Shown piece by piece: positions 50,911 through 60,616 of a stretch of DNA of 64,000 nt. The stretch lies in assembly GCA_963675755.2 (NCBI GenBank), contig CAXXMD010000002.1, positions 2,272,001 to 2,336,000 on the forward strand, written 5' to 3'. The translations under genes and the position numbers were made by a program. The stretch is from a bacterium (GTDB taxonomy: Bacteria; Zhuqueibacterota; Zhuqueibacteria; Residuimicrobiales; Krinioviventaceae). The notes below the pieces were generated by a model. That model had not been told where the DNA came from, searched no databases, and worked only from the letters and a program-made list of their open reading frames with translations. The stretch's first letter is position 1; the number at the start of each line of letters is the position of its first letter.

Positions 50911-50944
50911 TTTTCCGGGTAAAGACACATCTTTACCCGGAAAA
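50911..50944. other. Perfect 15-bp intergenic stem-loop
   Basis: TTTTCCGGGTAAAGA-CACA-TCTTTACCCGGAAAA. Confidence 0.8.
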
Positions 50945-50956
50945 CCTTAAACGTTA

Positions 50957-51382
50957 TTAATTGGATTCAGATTCAGCCGTAGCCATAAAGTAAACCATAG
51001 ATACAGTTGAGCCTACTGCCCATCCTATACAAGCAGCTTTTGTCCGAAGACTTTTAGCTTTTTGACGATAACATGTCGCATATGCGTGAGCATAATCCTC
51101 ATCTTTACCAACAAGGCGTTCTACAGGAGGCTCGGGTTTGCTAGTGGCCGCAAAGATATAACCAAAAACACCACACATGAATCCGCCAAAAGCGAAACTG
51201 GCGCTATTATCTTCATCTTCAATTGCATCTTGTTCTGCTTTTTGACAGATGGATTCATAATTCTCAGTTTCTGCGTCCTGAGCAAATGAAAAATCCATAG
51301 TGATTGGCAGGATTACCAAATTTAACATCAATGCAACCATTAACAAATTCACAACAATAAACCGGTTTCGAATGAAATCCAT
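50957..51382 (-). CDS. Small secreted protein with two Gly-rich hydrophobic segments
   Basis: Strong RBS AAGGAGG; signal ending FSFA-Q; FAFGGFMCGVFGYIFA and AACIGWAVGSTVSMVYFMA. Confidence 0.8.
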   Translation of the reverse strand: MDFIRNRFIVVNLLMVALMLNLVILPITMDFSFAQDAETENYESICQKAEQDAIEDEDNSASFAFGGFMCGVFGYIFAATSKPEPPVERLVGKDEDYAHAYATCYRQKAKSLRTKAACIGWAVGSTVSMVYFMATAESESN

Positions 51383-51709
51383 ACTACCTCCTTTACTTGA
51401 TTATTGATTTATTTCATTCCTTTTAAATATTTCATGAATGAATCAAACAAGTTTTGCCCCCTCAATTCTATAAATAACTTTTTCAATCAATATTATTAAA
51501 TCAATTGATCAATTATAAAGAGGCATTCATTTACTACCATTGTCGAAATTACATTAAACAAAAAAAATACATTGAAAATTAAAACAATTGGTTGGGCTAA
51601 CTTCCCCACCCCGAATAAATTCAAAAACTCCCCATTTACAAGTCAAGTTTTTCGAAAAGAATGGTATAATTTAATAAAAAAATGTATGAAATCAAGTAAA
51701 ATAAATTCA

Positions 51710-53029
51710 TCAAATTTCATCATTCTTTTTCTCTAACCACATATCAGAAAAAATCCGATACCCTATCCCTTTATCACCATGCCCTCCCCGACTAAAAAAG
51801 GTAATCATATATTCATCAGCCAGCTTGCCAACGGTACTATACGAGAAAGGGCCCTCTTCAATCATCTTGTGCTGCCATGTTTTGCCATCATCATCACTGA
51901 AATATATGGTACCGTGCACCCGGTCATCATCCCAATTTACTTTGTTGTATTGCTCCCTGCCATTGGGGATTGAGAAATACATACGGTCCCCAACTCTTGC
52001 AAGCGTACCATGACATAAAACGCTACTCACACTGATTAGAAACGGATCTGACCAGCTTGCACCGCCATCCTCACTGGTGTGCGCTATTCGTTGGTCCAGT
52101 TGTGGAATTACCGTTGAATTTTGTGACAGCCTCGCCAGCCGTTCACTGGAATTCACCCGCCTGATCATAAACAACCGCTTTCCGTCATCAATGGATACCG
52201 CAGAAGCTTCGTTACCCAGATAATCTGTGATAAAGCCATCCATTTTCCAGCTCTCTCCCTGGTCATCACTATATAAAACACCCGAACCACTGCAAGGATG
52301 ATTACGGAAATTATCAGTCATGGCCTCCCCTTCCGGTACAGAGTAAACAGGTGCCGCTAGAATCAACCTGCCTTTATTGGGCCCCTGTTTAATTGCATGC
52401 ACCTGCCCAATGGTATTTAAAAATACGGGAATATGTCCATTATAATTTTGGTAAAGCGGAGTTTCTGTACCGGTCAATACCTTGTGGTGCCAGGTTACGC
52501 CATCATCATCCGACCAATATTGTAGTAAAACCGAGGCTTTATCCATGCCAATTGCATTTAAATCAATACCGGTTTTTTCCAAAACCAATTTTGGATCATT
52601 ATCATAATATGCTTTGGTGACTTTTAATCCTACACAAGTCAAAAACGAAATACGTTCTCCATTTTCGATTTCTGAAACCCAGGGTGAAATTGCAAAATGG
52701 TTCATGGGAGCAGATAAAACCGTCACTCCTTCCCAGGTATTGCCATAATCATAACTCTTGTTCATAAGTATGACTTTTGGCTCATTATCGTCGCCATGCA
52801 TCAGACGTCCCTGGCAGAAAACCAGCAAAGTTCCTTTCTGTGTAACAACATATGACGGCTGGAACGTTTTGGCGACCGTCTCATTCCCCACTCTGAGCCC
52901 CGGTTCGAATACAAATTTCAATTCACTAATTCCGGTTTCAGTGATTTGCTTTTGAATCGGATTAGGTTTATTTGTACAAAAACATACAAATGCTAAAATC
53001 ATAATCAGTATTACATAATGCCATCTCAT
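51710..53029 (-). CDS. Sialidase-family (GH33-like, BNR/Asp-box) lipoprotein
   Basis: Five Asp-boxes (SYDYGNTW, SDDDGVTW, SDDQGESW, SEDGGASW, SDDDGKTW), NEAS, SYST. Confidence 0.82.
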   Translation of the reverse strand: MRWHYVILIMILAFVCFCTNKPNPIQKQITETGISELKFVFEPGLRVGNETVAKTFQPSYVVTQKGTLLVFCQGRLMHGDDNEPKVILMNKSYDYGNTWEGVTVLSAPMNHFAISPWVSEIENGERISFLTCVGLKVTKAYYDNDPKLVLEKTGIDLNAIGMDKASVLLQYWSDDDGVTWHHKVLTGTETPLYQNYNGHIPVFLNTIGQVHAIKQGPNKGRLILAAPVYSVPEGEAMTDNFRNHPCSGSGVLYSDDQGESWKMDGFITDYLGNEASAVSIDDGKRLFMIRRVNSSERLARLSQNSTVIPQLDQRIAHTSEDGGASWSDPFLISVSSVLCHGTLARVGDRMYFSIPNGREQYNKVNWDDDRVHGTIYFSDDDGKTWQHKMIEEGPFSYSTVGKLADEYMITFFSRGGHGDKGIGYRIFSDMWLEKKNDEI

Positions 53030-53232
53030 AATCTACCCATTCATTTTTTTAAATACCAAAGAGTAAAAACTTGGAGTATCATTTCTTTAATTCTCAAAAA
53101 TATCAAAAACATCTTGACAACAAACCATTGTAATAGTACATTAAAACGCAAAATATTGGGGTACTAAAATCTTGCTCGAGAGTCATTGTGAATAATATAA
53201 ATAAAAAATAATAAAAGACAGTTATTAATTAT

Positions 53233-53637
53233 ATGAAAAACAATGAACAAATACTTGCTACACTTTTATCAAAACTAGAAAAATACCCACAATTAAATTA
53301 TCAAATTAATAACAATTGCATTACGATTGATGTACCAACAGTAAACGGATTTACTGTCTGGCTGTCTGTAAATAAATCAGACTATACCGTGGGATATGAT
53401 GGATGGCACGAAAAATTTGATAATGAGGAATCAGCCCTGAATGCTTTTGCATTTGGATTAAGCAATCAGTATCGGCTGGCAACAGAAAAAAGAGGCAAAA
53501 CCGCATGTAAATGGGTCCTCGAATTCAAAGATGGTGATGAATGGAAAACTGATAGCGAAACCGGATTAATATTTATCCCTTTTTGGCGGAAAAAATCAAT
53601 CGAGTATCGGCAAAATAATATCATCGATATTGAATAA
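53233..53637 (+). CDS. Hypothetical protein
   Basis: 134-aa AT-rich ORF; upstream TTGACA at 53113; no recognised family. Confidence 0.65.
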   Translation: MKNNEQILATLLSKLEKYPQLNYQINNNCITIDVPTVNGFTVWLSVNKSDYTVGYDGWHEKFDNEESALNAFAFGLSNQYRLATEKRGKTACKWVLEFKDGDEWKTDSETGLIFIPFWRKKSIEYRQNNIIDIE

Positions 53638-53686
53638 CTGAAAAAAAGGCTAAAGTTTATAATGCTATGCCAGGAAAGATCAAGCC

Positions 53687-54514
53687 ATGAATATCAATTA
53701 TACGCATCAAGAAGAAGTATTAAAAGACAAATTGATCAATAAAATATTGATCTTTTCTTCCACTATAATCAGTATAGCCTATATAGCCGCTCAAATACGC
53801 GCGTCTGAAATTGGCTGGACTTTACGAGATTTATTTCAAACTCTGGCTTGGCTCGCCATTTTAACTCCTACTGTTTTTCGAAAAAAATTGGGGGTGTATA
53901 CAAAAGCAATAATTGTTATCATTGCTTTTACTTTGGGAGCACTACCGGGAGTATATACATTGGGTATTCTTGGCGGGACTATTTTTCTTTTTCCAACTAC
54001 AGCAGTTCTGATTGCAATTTTTTACTCAACAAAAGCAAGCAGATCTTTTATATTGATATCTTTGGTATTTCTTACATGGATTGCTTATCGATTTATATCC
54101 GGCAGCGCAGTACTTTCTCACAGTGCGGATTTTTTTATTACAAACATCTTTCATTGGATAGTTTATCTTTTGTGCGTCACATTCTTTTTTGTAATATCCT
54201 GCCAAACCATACATAGTTTTCGAAAAACAATGGAATTACAGCTTGAGACAATAAAAAGCCAAAGGGATGAACTAACAAAAATCAATAAAGAATTGATTGA
54301 CGCTTCTCAAAATGTTAAAAAGCTGCAGGGCATGCTTCCCATCTGCTCATCCTGTAAAAAAATCAGGGATGACAAGGGATATTGGAACCAGATTGAATCC
54401 TATATCAAACAAAACTCTGAAGCGGAATTCAGCCATGGTATTTGTCCCGATTGTGCACAGAAATTATATGGTGAATTTTATGATAAAAACCGAAATGATG
54501 AAGGTACTAAATAA
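53687..54514 (+). CDS. Multi-TM sensor with C-terminal LPIC..CKKIR...SHGICP.C zinc-binding domain
   Basis: About 6 TM, coiled coil, LPICSSCKKIRDDKGYWNQIESYI...FSHGICPDC. Confidence 0.85.
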   Translation: MNINYTHQEEVLKDKLINKILIFSSTIISIAYIAAQIRASEIGWTLRDLFQTLAWLAILTPTVFRKKLGVYTKAIIVIIAFTLGALPGVYTLGILGGTIFLFPTTAVLIAIFYSTKASRSFILISLVFLTWIAYRFISGSAVLSHSADFFITNIFHWIVYLLCVTFFFVISCQTIHSFRKTMELQLETIKSQRDELTKINKELIDASQNVKKLQGMLPICSSCKKIRDDKGYWNQIESYIKQNSEAEFSHGICPDCAQKLYGEFYDKNRNDEGTK

Positions 54515-54515
54515 A

Positions 54516-54550
54516 AAAAGCCTCCGTAAATCACATTCACAGAGGCTTTT
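54516..54550. terminator. Bidirectional terminator
   Basis: AAAAGCCTC...GAGGCTTTT between convergent genes. Confidence 0.7.
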
Positions 54551-54567
54551 CCCTTTGAATCGTATTA

Positions 54568-55083
54568 TTAATGTGCTTTCAACTCTTTAACTTTTCCGGT
54601 AGCAGCTTTTATTACTTTATTAGCATTTTTGTCAAACATTTCAGCACAATGCTCACCACATAAATAATAGGTTTGCCCATCATACACACGGGAAATTGCC
54701 GTATCGCTGGCGGTTACATCCATTCCACAGGCACATTTGGCAACCATTTCACCCGAATCATTGACCTTGTAAACATTGCCCATCATTCCATTATCAATTC
54801 TGGCTTTTAATACTTTATTATCAAGAGCTGCTTTCATTGTAGAAATATTTTCGCTGAATTTTGTTTTACAGCCTTCACTGCAAACATAATAAGATTCCCC
54901 ATCTACTTCTACAGCAGGCGTTGCATCTGTAACTTTAACTTGCATACCACAAGCACATAAAGCCGTTTCCTGATCGTCTGACACTTTAATTATATTCGCT
55001 CCGTGTTTGTGCACGTCTCCTGCAAAAATCACTGAACTGCTCAACAATAACCCCATAACCATTAACATACTTTTATTTTTCAT
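54568..55083 (-). CDS. Secreted tandem YHS/TRASH-domain metal-binding protein
   Basis: Two repeats CACGM.V...DG..YY.C...C...F; signal peptide. Confidence 0.8.
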   Translation of the reverse strand: MKNKSMLMVMGLLLSSSVIFAGDVHKHGANIIKVSDDQETALCACGMQVKVTDATPAVEVDGESYYVCSEGCKTKFSENISTMKAALDNKVLKARIDNGMMGNVYKVNDSGEMVAKCACGMDVTASDTAISRVYDGQTYYLCGEHCAEMFDKNANKVIKAATGKVKELKAH

Positions 55084-55323
55084 AATACTTCTCCGAAAAA
55101 TTATATATTCAAACTTGAATGTTTAAACATCTGCAAAATATCAGTTATTCCTTGCCTGCTACCATGTAAACAGGCTTAAATTCAGGGTAACTTTAGTTTT
55201 TAAATATAATTCATAAACAAGATTATACTGTCAAAATATATTAACATCGCATTTTATGAAAATAATAGCATTCCCCCCATTTTCTTTGTATATTTATTCT
55301 GATAGTATTAACAAAAAAGCAGT

Positions 55324-55785
55324 ATGAGTCCCGATAAAGAAAAAAAACTGACCGTAAAAGCCATTTATCCGGTATCTACGGAAAAAGAAGTAGAGCTGCT
55401 GCTGTTCTCGCAGCGCATTCAGGCCGGGTTCCCGTCACCGGCGGATGATTATATTTCAGAAAAGCTGGATCTGAACAAATTCCTCATCAAGAACCAGGCG
55501 ACCACCTATTGCGTGCGCGTGGAAGGAGATTCCATGGTCGGCGCCGGCATCCAGTCCGGTGATATCCTGATTGTGGATCGCTCCATTCGGCCGCGTGAGA
55601 ACCTCATTGTTATAGCCATTCTGGATGGCGAACTGACGGTCAAGTGGCTGAAACGGCAAAAAGGCAAATTATTACTGTGCCCGGATAACAACGATTTCAC
55701 CCCTATCGAGATCCACGAAGAATCGGATTTCCAGATCTGGGGCGTTGTGGTGCACAGCATTCACACATTTTATCAACAGCGGTAA
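55324..55785 (+). CDS. umuD: DNA polymerase V accessory subunit UmuD
   Basis: AGFPSPA cleavage site, GDSM Ser, TVK Lys. Confidence 0.93.
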   Translation: MSPDKEKKLTVKAIYPVSTEKEVELLLFSQRIQAGFPSPADDYISEKLDLNKFLIKNQATTYCVRVEGDSMVGAGIQSGDILIVDRSIRPRENLIVIAILDGELTVKWLKRQKGKLLLCPDNNDFTPIEIHEESDFQIWGVVVHSIHTFYQQR

Positions 55786-55786
55786 C

Positions 55787-57061
55787 ATGAGTAAAATATT
55801 CGCATTGGTCGATTGCGACAATTTCTATGCCTCGTGCGAACGGGTATTCAACCCGGCGATGGCCAACCGCCCGGTTGTGGTGCTGTCTAACAATGACGGC
55901 TGCGTCATTGCGCGTTCAAACGAAGTCAAACAAATGGATATCCCCTTTGGCTCTCCCTATTTCAAGATAGAAAAACTGCTGAAACAGCACAATGTGGCCG
56001 TTTTCTCATCCAATTACGAGCTCTATGGTGACATGTCCGCGCGGGTGATGGAGATTCTGGCGCAATTCGCCCTTGATATTGAAGTCTATTCCATTGACGA
56101 AGCGTTTCTGGAACTGGACGGTTTTCGCAACCGCAATCTTGAAGAATATGCCCGCCACATCCGCGACTATGTGGTCCGTGGTACCGGAATTCCCGTTACC
56201 ATTGGTGTGGGCACCAGCAAAACACTGGCAAAAATTGCCAGCCGCCACGCAAAAAAGAACCGGGACACCTACAAAGGCGTCTTCTGCCTGGTTGACCATC
56301 CCAACATTGATCGCGTGCTTGAAAGCGTTCCGGTTGAGGATATTTGGGGAGTGGGTCGACAATATGACAAGTTTCTGCGCCGCTACCGTATTACTTCAGC
56401 CCGACAACTGAAATACGTCAGGGACAAATGGGTCAAAAAGCACATGACCGTGGTGGGACTACGGACCGTCTGGGAACTGCGCGGCACTTCGTGCCTGCCG
56501 TTGGAACTGGTTCCTCCTGCCAAAAAAGAGATCTGCAATTCACGCAGTTTTGGGCATGCGGTAACAACGCTGAAAGATATGCGCGAAGCGGTTGCCGAAT
56601 ACGCCTCGCGGGCCGCGGTAAAACTGCGGCGGCAAAACTCGGCCGCGCGAATTTTACAGGTATTTCTTACCACCAATCGCTTCAAGGATGAACCCCAGTA
56701 TTTCAACAGCACCCAGATTGTAATGCCGGCCCCCACTAACGATACGCTGGAAATTGTAAAATACGCCTGTTTTGCCATTGAGCGTATTTTTAAACCCAAT
56801 TACCGTTATAAAAAAGCCGGAGTGTTTTTGTGCGACATTGTACCGGATACCGACATACAGAACAGCCTGTTCGATCCGTATCCCCATCGTGAAAAATCCC
56901 AGCGCGTTATGAACGTTCTGGACCAGATCAATACCCGCTACGGCTCGGGCACGCTTCAAGTGGCTGCCGCCGGCACAAGAAAAGAATGGTCCATGCAGCG
57001 CAACCTCAAATCCAACAATTTTACAACCAACTGGAACGAAATCCCCGTGGTAAGAGCCTAA
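55787..57061 (+). CDS. umuC: Y-family DNA polymerase V UmuC
   Basis: DCDNFYASCE, VLSNNDGC, SSNYELYGDMS, YSIDEAF, SRSFG, W.M.R...S..FTT.W. Confidence 0.95.
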   Translation: MSKIFALVDCDNFYASCERVFNPAMANRPVVVLSNNDGCVIARSNEVKQMDIPFGSPYFKIEKLLKQHNVAVFSSNYELYGDMSARVMEILAQFALDIEVYSIDEAFLELDGFRNRNLEEYARHIRDYVVRGTGIPVTIGVGTSKTLAKIASRHAKKNRDTYKGVFCLVDHPNIDRVLESVPVEDIWGVGRQYDKFLRRYRITSARQLKYVRDKWVKKHMTVVGLRTVWELRGTSCLPLELVPPAKKEICNSRSFGHAVTTLKDMREAVAEYASRAAVKLRRQNSAARILQVFLTTNRFKDEPQYFNSTQIVMPAPTNDTLEIVKYACFAIERIFKPNYRYKKAGVFLCDIVPDTDIQNSLFDPYPHREKSQRVMNVLDQINTRYGSGTLQVAAAGTRKEWSMQRNLKSNNFTTNWNEIPVVRA

Positions 57062-57120
57062 TCCCTGGCTAAAATTTTACCGCCCGCTTTTCAACCAGCC
57101 TGATTTTCTCGTGACAGCAA

Positions 57121-57196
57121 CACCCGGTTGCTGAGTACGAGTCCGCCAAAGCGGACGAGTGTATCGAAGCACCGGTGATTTGATCGCGATACAGAT
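57121..57196. repeat. Structured repeat family A, copy 3, followed by a half copy of family B
   Basis: CACCCGGTTGC-TGAGT-ACGA-GTCCGC caaa GCGGAC-GAGT-GTATCGAA-GCACCGGTG, then GATCGCGATACAGAT. Confidence 0.75.
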
Positions 57197-58443
57197 TATA
57201 TAAACCTTACCAAATCCTGAATAAATCCCATCATCCCAACGCTTCCCATAAACAATGCAAACATAAGGACGAGTGACAAGATTACCGTATCAGTTTTTGA
57301 TGGTCGCCAGGCCGCATCTTTTGGTATTTTATGCGACAAATAAAAAATCAAAACCACAAGTGCCGGTAACAAGACTGCCAGCAATCCCTGTGAAAGCAGC
57401 ATGATGAAAACCGGTCTTGCCCCGAATATTGGAATTACCGTTCCCAATAACGTCAGAACTGTAATCAAAATCCGATTCGTTCGGTTGTTTAGCACCAGTG
57501 GTTTTTGTTCATAGTCGCAAAGCAGCCAGGGCACAACCAGAATGTTGGGAATATGTGATGAAAGACCGGCAGCAACAATTCCAAATGTCATAACCGTAAC
57601 ACTGTTCTTGCCAATCATCGGTTCCAAAAGCGGAATCATTTCAGCTGCATTATTTAAAACCAATCCCTGTTTGTACAAAGTACCGGCTGCGGCAAGCATA
57701 AGGGCGGCACTGACCAGAAACATGCCCAAAACACTCAGTGCGGCATCGCGCTGTTGAACACGAATATCCTTAATTGTCCATCCATGCTCCTGCACAAGGA
57801 TAGAACGAATCAAAAATACAATAGATGATACGGTTGTGCCTACCATGCTTGCGGTTATTAAAAGCGCACTGTTGTCACTGTTTGCAACATTTTGAGGCAA
57901 CCGCGGTACGAGTCCTGATGCAATATCTTTTAAACCCGGAAAAACAAAAAACAGATTTAACATAAATGCAAAAAACATTATAAGCACAAAAAAACTGAGG
58001 ACTTTTTTAACCACCTCTACTGTGCCGCTCCATAAAAATATGATAATCAATAAAGAAAGAACTATGGACCATATTACAGCAGGTATAGCATAATTCAATA
58101 TCTGAACTGACCATTCAGCAAGTACTTCAGATATGACACCCATGACTCCCATTACAGCTCCAATTATGATAACAGTAACCGCGGTTAGAAAAAACACAGG
58201 TACAGACGGATGACATTTTTCCCGTGCCGCCTGCAATATGGTTTCATTTGTAGCCATTGTATATTTGCTGAATAAAGTCATCAAGTACCAGGTAATCAGA
58301 CAGGAAATCACCAGCGTCCATAACATACAGGTGCCGTAATTCGCACCGGTTTTGGACATACTGGTAATACTTCCAGTGCCAATATTATAACCGATTAAAA
58401 AGATCCCGGGTAGAACGGATGCAACCATATTTTTAAATTTCAT
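57196..58443 (-). CDS. Nramp-like (APC superfamily) transporter
   Basis: PG.F..G.NIGTGS.T...K.GA.YG, about 11 TM, GTTVS; lacks the DPGN metal motif. Confidence 0.8.
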   Translation of the reverse strand: MKFKNMVASVLPGIFLIGYNIGTGSITSMSKTGANYGTCMLWTLVISCLITWYLMTLFSKYTMATNETILQAAREKCHPSVPVFFLTAVTVIIIGAVMGVMGVISEVLAEWSVQILNYAIPAVIWSIVLSLLIIIFLWSGTVEVVKKVLSFFVLIMFFAFMLNLFFVFPGLKDIASGLVPRLPQNVANSDNSALLITASMVGTTVSSIVFLIRSILVQEHGWTIKDIRVQQRDAALSVLGMFLVSAALMLAAAGTLYKQGLVLNNAAEMIPLLEPMIGKNSVTVMTFGIVAAGLSSHIPNILVVPWLLCDYEQKPLVLNNRTNRILITVLTLLGTVIPIFGARPVFIMLLSQGLLAVLLPALVVLIFYLSHKIPKDAAWRPSKTDTVILSLVLMFALFMGSVGMMGFIQDLVRFI

Positions 58444-58484
58444 AAAATCCCAGCCTGACTGATTCGAGTTTGATTATCAATAAA

Positions 58485-59609
58485 TTAAAAGGCCATACGT
58501 CCCCAGCCTTCAAGCCTGGCATTGAGAGGTGGCAGCCCTAAAAGCTTTCGGCCATATTCTACATAATACCGATAATTTTCAATTGATGTATTGCCAATAA
58601 TTCTGTGATCCAGCCCAAAAGCTATACCACCGCTGTTTATCATCTCGGGGCTCATTTTATATTCAAGCTCTCTGCGAATGGTCTCGTGGTCTTTTATTAA
58701 CGCAAACTTGTCAAGTCCACCGCGTATAGCAATTCGTTTTCCATACTTTTTTCGGATTTCTACAATATCCATTCCGGCTGCTGGCTCAAAAGGATGCAGT
58801 GAATTCACTCCGCAATTCAAAAGAGAATCCAGTATGGGCATAATATTTCCATCAGAATCTATATCAAACAATCGGGTTCCCTGTCCTGAAACAAATTTCC
58901 AAACCAAAGCATAATACGGATGTATAAACTCATCGATCAGAGCAGGACCAATAATAGGTCCGTTTTTACCCGCCATGTCTTCATGAGCAGAAAGCTGATC
59001 AATAACCAGATAACGATTTACAATCTCGAGACATTGAAGCACTGTGTCACGCAAGGTGTTCATAATATCAACAACCAGATCTGGCTGGACATAATATGCC
59101 ATGCAGGCCTCTTTTTCTCCCATCAATTCACGAAGTGTGTCAAAACCACCGGGTATGGAGGCAACCACCAATGCCCCGCTTTCCTGTTCTCGCTTTGCGG
59201 CTTTGACCGCATCCAAATCAACACGATCTGGATGAAAGGTAAAAAAAGGCTTTATCTTAATCCAGTCATCCATGCACTTTACCGGAAAATCCAAAGGCAA
59301 AGGAAGTGTTGAATAACCTTTGCATAATTTGATGGTGCGCCCCAACTCGTCCCGTTCTATACGGTATTCGTCAGTGTCTTCCAAAACCTCCACATGACTA
59401 TTACCAAAGAATCCCATATTTGCACCACACTGCACAACCGGCACATAATCCCAGTCAAAGGCAACCAGATCTACTTCTTTTTCGGTGGCTCCTTGCTTAC
59501 GCCACTCTGCTTCCAGGCCTACAATAGGACCAAAAAGTTCAACAAACATGGGGCGTTGCCAACGCTCAAATGTCATCAATTCAATATACTGTTCACGGGT
59601 AAATTTCAT
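58485..59609 (-). CDS. Uroporphyrinogen-decarboxylase/CIMS-fold family protein
   Basis: EDMAGKNGPIIGP, DSDGN, PFEPAAGMD, GGLDK, DHRI motifs. Confidence 0.85.
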   Translation of the reverse strand: MKFTREQYIELMTFERWQRPMFVELFGPIVGLEAEWRKQGATEKEVDLVAFDWDYVPVVQCGANMGFFGNSHVEVLEDTDEYRIERDELGRTIKLCKGYSTLPLPLDFPVKCMDDWIKIKPFFTFHPDRVDLDAVKAAKREQESGALVVASIPGGFDTLRELMGEKEACMAYYVQPDLVVDIMNTLRDTVLQCLEIVNRYLVIDQLSAHEDMAGKNGPIIGPALIDEFIHPYYALVWKFVSGQGTRLFDIDSDGNIMPILDSLLNCGVNSLHPFEPAAGMDIVEIRKKYGKRIAIRGGLDKFALIKDHETIRRELEYKMSPEMINSGGIAFGLDHRIIGNTSIENYRYYVEYGRKLLGLPPLNARLEGWGRMAF

Positions 59610-59725
59610 TTCAATTTCCAGGAATGTTCAATTTATTTAAATTTAATAAATTCCAACTCATAATCTACAAATCTGGCAACAATTATCAATAGTATTCAAA
59701 CATTTATATTGCCTTTTATCCTAAA

Positions 59726-60583
59726 ATGGTTAAATTCATATCAATGAAACCCAAACATATTGAATTAAAAAGTCCGGCTCAGGCCATTTCGGTTAATCAT
59801 TACAAACATGACTGTTTTCAACTGCCGCTGCATGTTCATTCCTGTTGTGAACTGACATGGATCATCAAAGGGCGAGGAACACGATTTGTGGGTGATGCGT
59901 TTGATCCCTTTGCTGAAAATGATCTTGTACTGCTGGGGCCGAAAACACCCCATGCCTGGAAATCCGATCATTCTATAATGAGTGTAGAATCCATATCCAT
60001 TCAATTCAAAATGGATTTTGCCGGTCAGGGTATTTGGGACCTGATCGAAATGCGCCCCATACAGCGTTTATTAAAAAATGCCCAACGGGGTGTGGAATTT
60101 ATGGGTATTAATAATCAGATACTCTTTCACAAAATTCAGAATATACAAAACAAATCGGGAGCAAAACAGATCATCTCACTGCTCTCAATGCTGGAAATAC
60201 TTGCAGACCTGCCCAACCAGCGGGTCCTCTCCCGGTCCGGGTATGGCTCAAACCTGCAAAGTGAACGGGCCCAGCTTATATTTCATTATATTTTGAACAA
60301 TCTTCACAACAATATTACTTTACCCCAATTGGCAAAAATTGCCAACATGCACCCGGTATCGGTAGGACGCTTTGTAAAAAAACACACCGGACGACCTGTT
60401 AATATTTATATTAATGAGCTGCGTATAAAGAATGCTTGTACTGAATTGATCATGAGCGACAAAACCATTGGTGAAATCTGTTATGAATCAGGATTTCAAA
60501 ACTTGTCAAATTTCAACCGGCAGTTTAAATTGATCAATCACATGACACCCCGAGAATACCGCACTAAATACAAATCATCTTGA
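59726..60583 (+). CDS. AraC-family regulator with cupin sensor
   Basis: H.H...EL..I..G.GTRFVGD, PH.W; ESGFQNLSNFNRQFK...TPREYR. Confidence 0.93.
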   Translation: MVKFISMKPKHIELKSPAQAISVNHYKHDCFQLPLHVHSCCELTWIIKGRGTRFVGDAFDPFAENDLVLLGPKTPHAWKSDHSIMSVESISIQFKMDFAGQGIWDLIEMRPIQRLLKNAQRGVEFMGINNQILFHKIQNIQNKSGAKQIISLLSMLEILADLPNQRVLSRSGYGSNLQSERAQLIFHYILNNLHNNITLPQLAKIANMHPVSVGRFVKKHTGRPVNIYINELRIKNACTELIMSDKTIGEICYESGFQNLSNFNRQFKLINHMTPREYRTKYKSS

Positions 60584-60616
60584 AATCAAACGGCGCACAG
60601 CAAAAAAAACAATGAT

